Origin: Geosiphon pyriformis uo1
Taxonomy: Eukaryota > Fungi > Glomeromycota
Direction of reading: 5' to 3'
NCBI GenBank assembly: GCA_016748015.1
Contig: JAAOMT010000094.1
Location: forward strand, 398,457 to 462,456
Length of the DNA: 64,000 nucleotides
Notes under the pieces: model-generated
What the model saw: only the letters and a program-made list of their open reading frames with translations
Database searches by the model: none
Told to the model about the DNA's origin: nothing
Shown here: positions 1-14,773 of the stretch, piece by piece
How positions within the stretch are numbered: the stretch's first letter is position 1
Layout of the letters: every line of letters begins with the position of its first letter
Translations under genes and position numbers: made by a program

Positions 1-3000
1 ATAAATGTTTGGGATCAAAATATTATGTTCCAAGCAGACTTGTTCATTGGACTCAAAAATTTGTTGTGTGGTTGTTGACTTTGGGCAGGTGTAGATTTCC
101 AGATGTTCTCCAAAGGGTGAGATAATAATCAGTTGTAGAAGTCTGAAAATCTGGTGGGATTTGTTCTGTGTGTTAAGAGCTATATTAACTGGAACTGTGA
201 ATCGTCCAGTTGAACCAAAACCTTGGGTTCCTCTATCACTTTTTCCTAATTGTTCTCTTTGATTGACTAGTTGCAAACCCAAAATATTGATTAAGAGTAA
301 ATAAATAGCTTGGGCAATTTTTTCAGCATGTTCGATCTTGAATGGTTTGTCAGTTTCATTTTGAAGCATCACTGTTATGTCTCCAGTATATCCAGCATTG
401 ATTATTCCTCCTCTGACATTGATTTCTTTGCTTGCCAGAGAGGACTGGAAGGCAATTTGAATCATTGCTCCTGGTGGGATTTCGAGTGCAATTTTGAGGT
501 TGATTTTTGTAAGAGATTTGGGTTTAAGAACAAGAGTATCCTTGCCTGGATATCTTAGGTCATATCCAGCATCAATTTCGTGTGCTTTTTCGGGTTTTAT
601 TCTTTGTCCGTTGTTGTTGAAGTATTTGAGTTGTAAGACAGGCTGATTTTAAATAAGGTAAATGGGTGTTGTTTCAATTTCTTCTGTTTTTTTAGGTTCT
701 CCAAATTCAATTTCATTCTCATTATTTTTGCTGGGCAAGAGGATACTAAGAGCATAGCATTCAGGACATCATTGTTCATTGCAAGGCATAATGCATTCTT
801 TACATAGCCTAATGTTCATTTGCTTTAATTGTTGAATTTGAGCTTCTTGGGTCGGGTAGTTGTGACTTGCAATTTGGTGGTAGACTTCTACTTCATCTTC
901 GTAATCGAATCCAGCTAATTCCATAGTGTATTCAATGTATTCTGCTTCCTTCATTTGACAAACATCTTTTTTGGTAGCTCCATTAATTAATGCCATTGCT
1001 AAGTTGAAAATCATCTTGGCATTATGAGAGTAGTGATAAAGTTTGTTGAGAGCACTATTGTATGCTGCATTAAAGGGTGTTCCTCTTTTTACTTTTTTTG
1101 AAATTAATAAAGCATATTGGCAGGTCTGATCGCAGACACCTCCTCTCATTGCTACATCAATCCAATTGCATTCTTCTGGTAGCATATCTCCACAAGTCAA
1201 ACAAGAGGTGTTGTCCCATTTTCCACTCCTTTTTATTAGATGGCCCCATCACTCTTTGTGGCAAGCCTTGCAGTAATAACAAATATGATTTTCATATTCT
1301 TCTTTAGGTGAAATGCAGGCTCCCATTGACGATAGTTTCTTGTGGCAGTCCTTACATTTAAGGGGAATATAGGGGCATTGTTTTCTTGGTTCAGGTTTTG
1401 AGTAAGGTATATTCCATCCAGAGGTTTTAGGTTTAGTGTGTGGGGTAAAATTTTCTTGTTCTGTTTCATCAGTCCAGTTGGACATTAATCCAAGAGCCAT
1501 GAATGTTTCGAGTATTGGTTTTTCTTCTTCTGGTTCAAATTCAAAAGCTGGGGCTTTTTCAGAGCGTTTGTTGAATGTACCACAAATGGTAGGTACCCGG
1601 GCGTGTTGTCCTTGGTAGGAGATTGTTAACTCTTGTGTTTCCCAATTCAGATTAGCATTGGCTTTTTGAAGCCAATCATTTCCGACGAAAGCTTGGTATT
1701 GGAGTGCGTTTATTACAAGAACTTTGACTGGAATGGTGATTCTATCAAGAGTGAATGGAAAATTGTCAATTTCTCTTACTGGGGTCTTTTTCATGCCATC
1801 GGCAGTAATGATTACTGTTTGAGCTGGTCGGTCAACATTTCTTTTTAACTGTTGCATTAACTGGTAGGTAATAATGCTTCCAGGGGATCCACTGTTTAGG
1901 ATCAAGCGAATTGGCTTTCCTTCTACTTCAGCTTCTGTGTACATTACAGTAATGGCTTTTTGCTCATTAGCCGCTGTATTGCTAAGCAAGAATGGTGATT
2001 CATTTGCTTCAAATTCAAAAGGAAAGATATTAGAGAGATTGGCATTTTCAGCAATTCGGGCTGGTGGAATAGTGGTGTGGTTATGAGAAGGGTTTCATTA
2101 TTGTTGTGCTGCAGCTTTACCTTCCGAGAGTGCAGTATGGTGAAAATCCTGTTCTTCTAGCATTTTTAAATAACTGGGTTGAGTATGGTAATGGTTGGGT
2201 CTTGGTTGAGTGGTATTTCGGGGAACCAATTGGTTGTTCAAACTGATTCTACTGTTGTTTACTTGGTATTGGTTTTGTGGTGTGAATTGATTTTGTGTAA
2301 TCAGTCTTCGAGCAGGTACTTGATAATGTTGTGTGGGTGGTTGTTGGTATTGCTGTTGGATTGGTTGTAGGGCAGGCTGATAATAGTTATTTTGGTATTG
2401 GGGTCTTGGTAGATAGTAAGCTGGTGGTGATGGTTAATAATAAGATTGCTGTGGTGGAGAATAATGTTGATTACCCCTATTTTGTTGGTCTCGTTGCAGC
2501 TTTCTGCAATCTCTTTTCCAGTGGTCAGAGATTCCACAGTAATGGCAATTCTGGGGCTGGTTATTGGAAAATGGTGCAAAGTTATTTTGATTTTGTCTTT
2601 GAAGTGATTGATATCTTTGGGATTGTTGTTGTTGTTAGTTGGTAAAATAGTTTTCGACCTTCTTTGTAAGTTGGTCAATTTTTTCCTCAGCTGCTGAGCT
2701 GGTTTTTCTAATTGTCAAATTTACAAGTTTTGTATGATTGGCTTCTTCCATGGCCATTTCGTATCTTTTCGCATGCTGTATGGCAGAGTTTAAATCTTCT
2801 GGCGTGTGTGGACGAACCTTTTTAATTAGTTTATCTTTTAGACCAGCAATAAATTGATCCAAGATTTGAGCATCGGAATAATAATTATTTGTCTTGAGTT
2901 GGCGAATCTATCTGAGAAGTTTGTTGAATTTCCCAATATAAGTCATAACGAATTCGGAGGGTTCTTGTTTGATATTTCGAAAACGATTGCCAAGAGTAAT

Positions 3001-4010
3001 GGAGGTATTATTGTTGGTAAACTGTTCAAGGAAGGCTGTTTTGAAAGTGTTTCAATCATTGAATGGGGCAGCCAGGTTTTCAAACCATTCTCCTGCTGTT
3101 CCTTTGAGAAAGTATGGAATTGTTCTTAACATTCTGGTGGCATTCCATCTATTTGCATCTCCGGTTTTAGTAACTTGGTCGAGCCATTCTTGAGGACTGG
3201 TCTCAATATCTTCTCCATTGAATTTAGGAATTTTTGCAATGTATGTTGTCATTTCGTCTTCTTCATTTTCACTGTCTATTGATTCTTCTTCAGTTATTTC
3301 AGAGTTGTTTTCTTTGTTTGCTGCTGTCTCAGAGTGTTCACTTTGATTTTCAGCTAGAAAATCAAGAAAATTGGAACTAGTTTGAAGGGGTTCTTGTTGT
3401 CTGGTAGGACTTCTGAGTGATGTAAAATCTTCTGGTCTTGCAAATCGATTCAAGGGTGAATTAGGTATTTGTGCTTGTGCAAGTGAAGCTGGAAAAGGTG
3501 TGATAGTAAGTGGAAATTTTGAACTGGTTCCTTGTTCAGGTGTTTGTAAATGTTTGGCAGTTGTTTTCGGTAGTGTTGAAGTATTTGGGGTGGTTCTTGA
3601 ATATTGTTTTAATTTGTTTTTGCCTTTGTTGCTTGTTTCTGTTTCCGATTCAAAGTCAATAGTGTATTGAGACTGCACTGGATATGTTTTTTCACAGTAT
3701 TTGATAATGTTAAAATTAAGTTCATGAAAGTAAGTGGCAAGTGTTTCACTATTAAGGTCTTCAGTTCCCAACTGTAAATAGTGTGCTAAATTATTGTAAA
3801 GGTTGCTTCTAATTTCTGAGATATTGTAATTTCCAAAAAAATAATTGTTGATGTGGTTTTTAATGTATTGATATACTGATTTCTTGACAACTTCAATTCC
3901 GTCTGGAATGTTGAATCTTTGCTTGCAGTGGGTGTAAATTGATTGGTAATACTCTAGAGTTGTTGTGTCTGGTGTGGTCGCTACTTTGAAGTTGTTTTTG
4001 CTGTGTTGTT
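1..4010 (-). pseudogene. gag-protease-Cys-rich-dUTPase polyprotein relic of element A
   Basis: ORF fragments 3052-3771 (MTTYIAKIPKFNGE...QEWL), 2635-2862, 1249-1989 and 769-1200 match element C. Stops are mostly of TGG/CGA/CAA transition type. Confidence 0.9.
205..610 (-). pseudogene. dUTPase domain of element A
   Basis: All five trimeric dUTPase motifs in order: DAGYDL, QSSLA (RSSL in B1), GGIINAGYTG, KIAQAI, RGTQGFGSTG. Confidence 0.92.
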
Positions 4011-4011
4011 T

Positions 4012-4029
4012 CCGTGGGAGAGCACCAAA
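4012..4029 (-). promoter_or_regulatory. Primer binding site of element A
   Basis: Reverse strand reads LTR-CA, TT, then TGGTGCTCTCCCACGG. Same core at 14756-14773, 15815-15832, 31857-31872 and 45873-45890. Confidence 0.85.
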
Positions 4030-5015
4030 TGTTACCGGAGGTTTTTGGTCTCTTTTCTGTAATGTTGTTGATACTTATTTGCTGTGAATTTACGTTTTCT
4101 GGATGTGGTTGAACCTCCAATAACTGAATTTTTTTTAACTTCAAATTATTTTCTATAATTTGAACTTGCTGGGCTTATGAGTGGAATGGCCAATTCCGTG
4201 TCAGTTGCTTTATGTAGTTACATTGTAGTAAATGTCAACTCTTTCCCAGAAATTGCTCGTCTAGAAGCTCACTAAAAATATGTAGTTACTTTGCTGTGAA
4301 AGTCAACTCTTCTACAGGAATCTTGTCTGTAGGCTACCCTAATGATTGTAATAAGAAAAATAAAAGAAAATAAAAGAAATGTAAAAGAAATAGAATTTTG
4401 TCAAGGGAAATGTTTTCTATCCAGGCCTGGAGTTACTAACAGTTTACTGAAATTGGTAGCTAATCAATTTCGAAATGTTAGTTGGTTTTTGGGGATTTTC
4501 CAAGGGCAATAATTAAAAAATTTGGTTTTTTAAATTATTTGGTATTTATTTCTTTTTGTGTGTGTAGAAATGGTTCTAAGTAATAAATCTAAAGTAAGAT
4601 ACATTTTTTCGAAGAGAAAAGCTCTTCTTTTATACAACTTGTCATAACACTATTCTATGAACTTGAACTTTGCTATTTTCTACAATTTCGCTGAACTAAA
4701 GATACATTTTGGTGAACTACAAGTTATTTCTGTAAACTATTAGATATTTCGGTGAACTATCAATTATTTCGGCAAATTTCTATAAATTTTGGTGAACTTT
4801 TGAATGTTACATAGTTCGGGGTATTGCATGATTGATCATCGCAATTAGGTTACATTTGTGTTGTGTACAATTTGGGTTATTAATTAAATAATAATTTCAG
4901 ACATTCTTTGCTAATGTAATAAGTGATAATTTGAAACAATAATATATGCTAATTAATGATAGAAATTATGAGATAATTTCATGCTAAATGATATCTCTAA
5001 TTTCATCTGGTAACA
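4030..5015 (-). repeat. 5' LTR of element A (986 bp)
   Basis: TG...CA termini with TGTTACC/GGTAACA inverted ends; reverse-complement homologue of 30877-31856. Confidence 0.95.
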
Positions 5016-5529
5016 TCAGCCATATAGAGCATTGCTTAAAAATTCATAGCACATTGCTCGAGAATGTGAGCAATCTCGTAGAACCCAAATCATGTATATA
5101 TAGCAGTAGTATCAAAAGCTAGAAAAAGAAACTTCTAGAGTCAGTAGGACTTTCAGAGTCAATTAAACTTGCAGATCATAATTATTAAATACTCCTCTTT
5201 TTAAGGATAGTTGCTATTACTTGAAATGAAATTATATCAATAAAATATCTCTTCAATTCTTCAAATCCATGTTATTATCCACTACTTAACCTGCTGGCAC
5301 AATAGCTCTTAATTATGGCTATTGACAAGACACTTATTTCTTATTTTATTATATTTTATTTTATTTTTCTTTATTTTATTTTCTTTTGTTGTTTACTAAT
5401 TGATTAAGAATTAAGCACTGAGTTATTAACATCAAGAATAGCCTGGTAAAAAACCCAGAAATAAGAGTAAAATTATATATATATTAATGGATAGCTTACC
5501 AGAAGGGCATGACTGTCAGAATAAACCAG

Positions 5530-6391
5530 TATTACAAGTGATTATTTGGGGTCTCAAATCAAATAACAAACTCGTAAGTTGGTGTTCAATTGATATAATG
5601 ACGTTGGTTTCTGAAGGTATTATAGATCTGAAGGTTTTGGTTGAGTTCTTTGTATAATAGACAAAAATTCAATGATTGTTTTCAGTAATCTCCTGGAATT
5701 GCAATTCCATCAAATTTTTTTCTTAGTGTGGTGGCCAGTAATCCTCCTGGTAAGCTATCCTCAATTCTATGAGTGTTTTACTCTTGTTTCACAGGTCTTT
5801 TACTAGTCCCTATGACATCTATAACTCAGCACTTTTAATCCTTAATTAGTTTTAGTAATAACAACAAAATCAAAGAAAAAAAAATAAAAATAAAAATAAA
5901 AAAAATGAAAAGAAATAAGTCAATACAATTGCAAGTTAGTATCCTGTTAATAACTATGATTAAGAGCTATTGTTCCAGTGTGGTTAAGTATAAATTACTA
6001 TCAACATGAACTGTTAATAGTAGAGAGTGGATTGAGATAACAAATAGTTATTTATTAAATGATTGTGATTTTTGGAAAGTTGCTTAGATTGAATCTAAAC
6101 TGGGAAGTTTGTTTTTTTCTACTTCTAATACTACTGCTATATATACATAATTGAGATTCATCAATTCCTCAATTCTTCACACCAGGAATTCTGGAATTTC
6201 TGGAATCCTGCAATTTTTTTTGAAAGAAATCCTGGAATTCTGGAATCCTGTGATTTCTTATACGAGAATCTTGAAATTCCTGGAATTCTGCAATTTTTCT
6301 TGAGAAGAATCCTGGAATTTCACATTTATTATGTTTATTTCTGATTGGCTAATTTATATGTTAATATACTTTCTATATTTTATAAGTAACA
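5530..6391 (-). repeat. 3' LTR of B1
   Basis: Colinear with 14774-15625; adjacent to the PPT; GGAATTC/TTCTGGAA repeat array at about 6183-6320. Confidence 0.95.
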
Positions 6392-6411
6392 TTATTCCCT
6401 TCTTTTTAATA

Positions 6412-7045
6412 TTAAGCTTTATTAAGATCTCTCAAATCTCTTAACTTTAGTTCTCTGTCTATAAGTATTTCTTGGACCTCTTTTTTGAGAATTACTTGAA
6501 TTATCTTGTTTTGTAATTCTTTAAATTGGGTGTTGGTTATTTTTCCCATTTGGTTAACTATAATAGAGTCCAGTTCTGAATTAAGTAGGATTTCTGGTCT
6601 GTCTTGAAATTCCATATGTAGCCAATAGATGGCTCTTGCTTGTGTAGTTAAATTGTTTTTTCCCACAAATTGTTCCAGTTGTTGTAATATTGTTGTGTCA
6701 AATAATCGTTTTGTTTTATCTGTGTATAAGTTCTGAATGTTCAAGTGTCATCCCAAGTGAGAATAACAAAAGTTTCTTGAAAATTCATGTATCCATTATT
6801 TCCAAGTTTTTTTGGTCAATTCTTAATAGATGGTGACACTTATTGGTTCTTCTATTGCTAATTTTATTTTCCAAACTATTTTGTTGATAGTGTTTTTTGT
6901 TTTTTTTTGACTTTTGTATTTGGGTTTTTTTCTGGTATCTCAGTATCAAATGGTTTGTTAATTGATAGTGATTTCTATATTTTGTTGTTGAATCAGTTGG
7001 AAGAGTTGTTGTGCTAATAAGTGGATGTTATCAGTAATTTTCATT
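6412..7045 (-). pseudogene. ORF3 (post-integrase accessory gene of unknown function) of B1
   Basis: ORF 6412-6744 ends just before the PPT. RAIYWLHMEF...MGKITNTQF aligns without gaps to element C ORF3. Confidence 0.75.
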
Positions 7046-7104
7046 TTTTTGAAGTCTTTTGTTGCATCTATTATGTCTATATATACTCTTTTTCTTGTTC
7101 AATT

Positions 7105-8481
7105 TTATGTGTTTGGTTCAATAATTATGATTGGTTTCAGATCTTGTGGAATCTTATCTGGTTGGACTAGTATTCTTTGTACTCCTAATTGTGGAATATT
7201 ACTGGTAGATGGTAACTCTGTATGGTGATATGATTTCAGTCGATCATTATGTGCTGCTTTGGCTAAAATTTTGTTGTTCTATCTTAATTTATAAGCTCCA
7301 TTTCCCAGAATTTTTTCTATGTGAAATGGTTTGTCTCATTTGGAGTCAAATTTTCCACTCCATTGTTTTTCTGCTTTGGTACAATGTAAAAGTACTTTGT
7401 CTCCAATCCTGAATTCAACTGGTTTATCTGGTAATTGGTTATTATGTCTTTCTTTCTGTTTTTTTTATGACTGTTGTATGTTATCAGCTGCTCTTTGTCA
7501 TTTGTTTTCTAGAGTTTCCATTAGATTATATGTTCTTCTCAACAAAGTTTCTTGGAAATTTTTTTCTGTTATTGGTTCAGTTGGATATGTGTTGATCTTT
7601 ATTTCAACTGGTAATATTGCTGTTTTACTGTATACCAATTCAAATAGTATTGCTTGTGTGATATCTTGTTTCATTGTCTGATACGTAAATAGCACTAATG
7701 GTATAAACAAATCCTATTCTTCTTGATTTTCTTGGCTGATTTTGGCAATTGCTTTACACAGTGTTCTATTGAATCTTTCAACTAATCCATTGGTTTGTGA
7801 ATAATATGATAATGATAATGGTCTTTTTATTCTAAATCTTTAACTTAATTCTGCCAATGTTCTATTCACAAAGTGAGTTTCTTGATCTGATAATAATTTT
7901 TTTAGACATCTGTGTCAACAAATCAAATCTTGATGAATGAATTCAGCAACGGATTTTGCATCCACTCTTTGAATGGCTTTTGCTTCTGGCCATTTGGTAA
8001 GATAATCCATGGCTACTGCAATATATTTGTTGTCTCTGCTGATAATTGTCAATGATCCAACTAAGTCAATTCTAATACAATTAAATAGTTGTCCTATTTT
8101 GATTGGTCTTAATGGTTCACTTGGTTTTGTTCCTTCTTTTTTTTAATAAGCATTACAATTTTGAACATATTGAATAATATCTGGATATATTGATGGCCAA
8201 TAGTATTTTTTTCTAGTTCTTTTCATAGTTGCTTTTTTATAAAAATGTCCTGCTGTTGGATCAGAGTGCATGTTGAACAATATTGTCTCTTTTTCTGGTT
8301 CTGTAACCACTCTGGTTGGTTGATTTGAATTTTTTTTGTTCTTCCAATACAGTATATTTTGGTGAATAATAAAATATTTTAATTGTTGTTTGATGCTGTT
8401 TTGTTCATTTTGAGATAATTTCTCCTTGAACTGTTGGGTATTTATATAGTGTTGGAGTTGTTGGTATTTTTGTGTGTTCAT
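7105..8481 (-). pseudogene. Integrase relic of B1
   Basis: MNTQKY start, HHCC region (HSDPTAGHF...YYWP...CNA), SDQETHF, NGLVERFNRTL and a GPF-like motif; no chromodomain. Confidence 0.93.
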
Positions 8482-8544
8482 CTTTTGTTATATTTTTGTG
8501 TTCAATTGTTTGGATTTTGTTATATTTTTGGATTGAAATGTTCT

Positions 8545-11500
8545 TTAGATTTGTTTTATCTGTAATAAACCATCAGCATTTCTATTTTCTTTTCCCTTTT
8601 TATAATGTACTGTATATTTGAATGGTAATAGTTCTATTTTCCATTGAGTGTGATGATCATCTTCAAATTTTTGCTTTTGGATTGAAGTCAATCCTTTATG
8701 ATCTGTGTAGATGTCGAATTTTTGGCTCAAGTATTCTTTCCATTTTATGACTGCTCAGTATATTGCTAAGTGTTCCAATGCTGGTGTTCCATAGTTCTTT
8801 TCTGCTGGACTCAAAATTTGACTGGCATATGCTACTGAATGCTCTCTTCCATCTGGTCCTCTCTGTGATAGTACTGCTTTCAATGCTTGACTTGATGCAT
8901 CAGTAGTAATGATGAATGACTTGTTGTAGTCTGGATAGATCAATACTAGAGCTTGGATAAGCTTTCTTCTTAGTGTGTCAAAAACTTTTTGCTGAAGTTC
9001 TGTCCATTCATATTTCACATTCTTGTTTTGGAGTTGATGTAATGACTAAGCCAGTTTAGAAAAATCCTTGATAAAGTGGCAATAGTATCCAGCAAATCCC
9101 AAAAATGCTCTTAGTTCTGTGAGATTATTTGGTACTAAAAAGTTCTTGACAGCTTCAATCTTGTTTGGATCCATTTTGATGCCATTTTTGCTTATGACAT
9201 GTTCCAAAAATTTTAATTCTGTTTTGCTGAAGAAGCATTTGTTTGCATTCAACTTCAATTCTGTTCTTTTGAGTCTTTCAAACACTTGCTGTAGATGATG
9301 GAGATGATTATCAAATGTTTTTGAGAATATGTTGGTGTTATCTAAGTATACAACTACTGATTTCCACAATAGTTCTGTGTAAACAATTTCTATTAGCCTT
9401 TAGAATGTGGCTGGTGCATTTATTAATCCAAATAGCATGACTTTGAATTCAAAATTTCTCTCTCTTGTTGTAAATGCAGTCTTTTTTTTGTCAGCTGGAT
9501 CTATGGCTACTTGTCAATAGCCACTATCTGAATTTAGTATTAAGAACCATTTGTTTCTCCCAAAAGCATCGAATAATTTTTGAATCTGTGGAGTTGGATA
9601 ACTGTCTTCATGAGTAACACTGTTGAGTTTTCTATAATTTACACAAAAGCAGATCTTCCCATTTTTTTTCCAGACTAGTACCACTGGTAATGACTATGGA
9701 CTCATTGATGGCTGAATTAGCCTATTGTTTAACATCCGATTTATTTCTTGACAGATGATTTCATGGCTAGCTGGTGGTATCTGATATGTTCTTTGTTTAA
9801 TTGGCATTGCATCTCCAGTCTTGATCTGATGCTGGATGATGTTAGTTTAGCCAAATTTATTTTTACTAGCAAAGATGTCATTAAAATTTCTGAGTAATAT
9901 CTTTAGTTGTATCTGTTGGAGTGGGTCTAGATTCTCTATGTTCATCTGTTCCAATTGTTCCAATTGGAGCAGATAACATTTGTTTTGTCCGTAAATGGTT
10001 TGTGATATGATGTCCACATATTCACAAAGCTGTGAAAAATCTAGAATGTAGTTTGGTGGTTGATCTTCAACTCCAGTGGTTAAATATCTAATAATGGTTT
10101 CCTTTGGTATTTCGATGACTTTTCCAGTTGTGTTGTAGATGGAAATTTTGATGTTCTTGGGGCTTTTGGCTAATATGTAGAGATTAGTGAGTCCAATTTC
10201 TCCTGATTCACAGATAGTAGTTTCTGTTTTAAACAACTGAGCTTGATCTTTTACTTCTCTTTTTATGGCTAATATATACTGGTCATATGGTGGAATAGAA
10301 ATTGATTGACAGATTGAGATAATTTCTTCTTTGTCAACAATTTCCTCCTCTGCCATATTGACTGGTATATCTATTCTACCCATTGATCTGAATCTTTGTA
10401 TCTCTCTTGCTGTCATACCTAATTTTTCCTTTTTTCCTATTGAAATTAACTAAACTATTTTCACCAGAGATAAAAATATTGCCTGTGCTATCTTTTCATT
10501 TAGCTCTATAATATAGGCCTTTTTTGAATCATTTTGTAGCATGGTGATGATATTTTCTACATATCCCACATCAATTATTTCTCCTCTGATGTTGATTTTC
10601 TTTTTCACTAAACTACTCCTAGATGCTAATTGAATTATAGTTGTTGCTAAAATTTCCAGAGCTATTTTGAGATTAATACATGTGCATAAATTTGGTTCTA
10701 ATTTGATGGCTTCTTTTTCAGGATATTTTAGATCAAATCCGGCATCAGTATTATGCATGCATTCTGGCATAATATCTTCATTATTATTGCTGAATTATTT
10801 TAGTTCTTGCTCCTTGGTAAGATCAGGAAGTGCAATATATTGTTTGGAGTTTGAATCTGAGTTTGAATTGTCACTATTTTGATTGTTATTTTGAACAGAA
10901 CTGGAACCATTATTTTTGTCATCATTATTGTCGGAGTTTGAATCAGAATTGAAAGTTGATTCTGATTTCAATGCACAGCTGCTGATTGGTTTTTCTTCTT
11001 CTGAAATTGTGTAAATCATGCATGATAGTGGATTGTAAATAAGATCACACTCATTACAATACTGGAAGTCACATGAGATCAAACAGTGGTCACATAATCA
11101 AATGTTTATTTTTTCCAGCCATTGCTTTTGTTCTTCTCGAGTAGGTGCCAACCATTGATAGTGCTCATGAAATTCTTCCAGATCATTCTCAATGTTGCCG
11201 AATACATCAAACGTTAGGATGTATTCAGGTTCAGGTAGGGATAGGAAGTTGTTTTTGATTTCTAGTAGTTTACTGATGGTCACACCTTCTGCTTTCACAT
11301 TCACTATTCTCCAGAATTCATGTTTGTTATGGGAATATCCTTCTAATTATTACAGCACTCATTTCCAGGCATCATTGATTGGTGTTCCTTTGCATATTCA
11401 GTCATTAATTAGAATTGTATACTGACAGGTTTTATTGCATGTTTCTCTTTACCCAGGAATGTTGTTCCATATTCTTTCGTCCAGGAAAGTTTCTTTACAA

Positions 11501-14500
11501 GCTAAACATGGTGTATTATCCCATTTCCCCACTTGTTTTGGCCTTTTAAAATGTTCAACAAGACATGCATAGTAATAAAACTTAGTTGTCATCTGGTATT
11601 CCTCATTATTACCACAGCATGCGCCCATTGACGACAATTTTTTGCCACAATTAATGCATATAAGCTTTGGTTGGCAATAAGTAGATCATTGTAATATAGT
11701 GTGAGTGTTAGTGTTATAAGTGGCGGTGCTTATGGGTGTTGTTTCCTTTTCTTTTTTCTTTCTCTTTCTCTTATTGGTCTTTTTCCACTCCCAACTTGGT
11801 GGCTCGTCTTGATTATTGTCAGTTTCCCAGGCTTGGTTGGTGTTTCAGGTAAGTTTTTTTTTTTTTCCCATTGTCATTCTATGAGAGTATTGATGATAAT
11901 TCATTATGGTTTTTGTTGGCCCATGAGACTTAATATGCTTCTCACATTGGTTTTTCCTTGTCCTCCTCGAACTTGATTAGTAGTTGCTGGGTTTGAAGTA
12001 ACCACAGATTGCTGGTACTTGTGTGTATTGGTCATTTTGGCTGAGTTGCAATTCCTGAGTGGTTCAATCAAGTATGGCATTGGCTTTAGATAGCCAATCA
12101 TTGCCCATCAATGCTTGGCTTTTATTACTAAGACTTTGATAGAAGTAATAATGTCATTAACTTCAAAAGAAAAGTCATCAATTTTGCCAATTGGAGTTTT
12201 GGTGGCTCCATTAGCCATAATGATTCTAGCACTGGCAGTTTGATCAACTCGGTGACCTAATTGATCTATAAGTTGTCATGTGATGATGCTGTCTGCTAAA
12301 CTGTTATCTAGAATTAGTTTAATGAACTGACCATTGACTGTGGCATTAGTGTACATGGCAGTAATTGGTTTTTTTTTAAGAGTGGCTCCACTAAATAATG
12401 GTGTCACTAATGTTTCCTCGAGTTCGAATGGAAATATTACCACTAGTGATTTGTTGTTAGTAATGGTAGCTGGAGATATGTTGCTGATGATTGATTGTTT
12501 TTAATTGGTTTCTGGGTTGTTGGGTGAGACGTCTTCTGAGGTAACCAGAAGACTTAAATATTGTTGAACATTTGGATTTTGGGTATACCTGGTGCCCAAA
12601 TTCTATTGTCGAGATCCTGATGGTTGCATTGATGAACTGGAGATTGGTTAATGGATTACTATCGTCAATTTCTAGCTTTGTTGTGTCAGTCTCGGCCTTT
12701 GGGTTCCATTTTGAGATAAGTTTTGTGGCAGTGCCTGTATTTGTTGGAGTTGATAGATTACTTAAGGCTGCAGTTGATAAATGGGTTGGAACTGCGAGTG
12801 ATAAATGATGGGTGTTGTTGGCTAATAGATTGGTGGTTGATAAATTTGCTGCTGCATTATAGATATGTAATTTGGTTAATATGATGTTGGATTGGGTTAG
12901 TAACTCTGAGTTTGAAACCAGCAATTGGGATTTCAATATTAATTTCCTAATTGTTGGTTTTCTATCCTTAATCTGCAGTCAATCCTCAAATGTCTTTGTT
13001 TACCACAGTAGTGGCAAACACACATTTTCTGTTGCCATTGTTGATTGGTGGTGGATGATGGATGTGACTGATTCTGGAAATGATTTGTGTTTTTTTGATT
13101 GTTGCATCATTGTGGTAGCTGATAAATTGTGTAATTGTCAGCTAAGTATTCTTCTAATTTCTGATTGATTGAATTACTGAATTGTTTCAATTTGGAATCC
13201 AATTCAGATGATCCGTTTATTACTAGATTAATGGCTTGAGCATGATTAGCTTTTAGTTCAGCTGCTTCAAAATCTCTGGCATTGGTAACTGCAGCTTGAA
13301 GGTCTGCTAGATGTATTGGGTGTACTTGCTGAAGAATGCTACTGCACAGGCCCTTAATGAATTGATTTAAAATTTGTGGCACTGTAAAATAATCAGCCTG
13401 GATTGTCTGAATTTGGTGCAGATTCTTATGGAAGTGTCTTAGGTAAGTAGTGACTGCTTCATTTTCTCCTTGTTTAATGGTGGTAAAGGTATTGCCAACT
13501 AGTTGATGCTATTATTATTGCTGAAGTATTGTAAGAATGCAAGCTTAAATGCATTGAAATCCTGTGGCTTATTGGCTAAGTTTTGATACCATAAGTCAGC
13601 AGTATCTTGGAGAAAATAAGGGATAGCTTGCATGGCTCTGGTGTCATCCCATCCATTAACTGCGATGGCTTTTTCCACGTTATTCAGCCATACTTGGGTG
13701 TTGTTCTCTTCACCTGTGAATTTCTTGAGTTTAGTTATTGGAGCATAAGCCATCTGATTTAAGTTTAGTTGCTGTGGTGCTTGAAGTGGTAATTGAACTT
13801 GGAGTTGCAATGGTGGCTGTTGTCGTTGAACAACTGACAGTGAGTTGATGGCAATTACTGGAGATAAGTATTGTTGATTATTAATGTTGGGGTTTTGATT
13901 GTTTTAATTTTGCTGTATTTGAAAATTCAAAGTTCTAATTTCCAGATTTTCCAAAATCAGGTTTTGTTGAGTTTGAATGTTCGGGGTTTTGATTTCTGGG
14001 TTTTCAACAATTGGGTTTTGGTAAGTAAATTCTTGATCCTCACTCTCTTTTTCTTTTGATTCCGTTACTTCCTACAGACCCACAGTTCTGAAATTTGGTT
14101 GAAGTGGCAGTGATCAAAATCTTAATGGCATTGATGATCACAATTTAAATCTTTCAAAATATTTGCTATATGGTCCTAATAACTCTGCTCTTCTTTGTTT
14201 ACTTTGAAATGAGAATTGTCCAAAAGTTGATGTTATGTTTGATGTAGATGTGTCTATTGATAAAATGTTGATGGCGCTTCTGGGTGTATAGTAGTATGAT
14301 GGATTTGTTGGTAATTCTACTCTTGTTTTCTTCCAAATGGGTGGTTGTATTCTTTGAGGTGTTACTACTGGTGTTTGTAGTTTTCCTTTGCCTTTGTTTG
14401 CATAGATGATTGGATATCTCTGTTGAGTGTGAATTTCAATTTCCTTATTAATTTCAGTAAGGATTGTAGTGAAATTATAATTTGCTAATAAGCTAGTATT

Positions 14501-14740
14501 CTGGATTAATTTGTTGTAGAAGTTTTCTCTGGCTGAGTTGGTTTCTACTGGTACTTCTAGCAAATATGAGATTCTCTTGTTAACGTAGAAATTGAAAGCT
14601 AATTCTGTTGATAAGTGATTGTTGGTTAACCCCAGATGTTGACAGTAGTATTGAAATAAGAATTTTGCAAATCCTAAATGGTTTGTTTCTGTTTCTTCAA
14701 ATTCTGCTACTGTTTGGATGAGTGTTGTTGGTGCTGGTTT
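8545..14740 (-). pseudogene. gag-PR-Cys-rich-dUTPase-RT-RNaseH relic of B1
   Basis: MAYAPITKL..FTGE capsid start, CHYCGKQRHLRIDC, LILDNS protease, DAGFDL/ASRSSL/IIDVGY/KIAQ dUTPase, VYLDN (from YLDD), TDAS, TDHK. Confidence 0.93.
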
Positions 14741-14773
14741 TCTGTAGAATTATAGCTCATAGAGAGCACCAAA

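Larger units (their letters stand above)
1..5015 (-). mobile_element. Ty3/Gypsy LTR retrotransposon A (same family as C); 5' half only, runs off the window start
   Basis: LTR 4030-5015 (TGTTA...TAACA) followed by a PBS. Then Gag with CCHC (CHYCGISDHWKRDC), protease (LILNSGS, from DSG), Cys-rich domain and dUTPase, colinear with 31860-35900. The right flank TCAGCCATAT continues the D LTR. Confidence 0.95.

Noticed and set aside
310-3193. Plus-strand ORFs in the track as independent genes (also 33289-33525, 35316-35555 and similar)
   Set aside because: They are antisense shadows of gag-pol relics with no recognisable domains.
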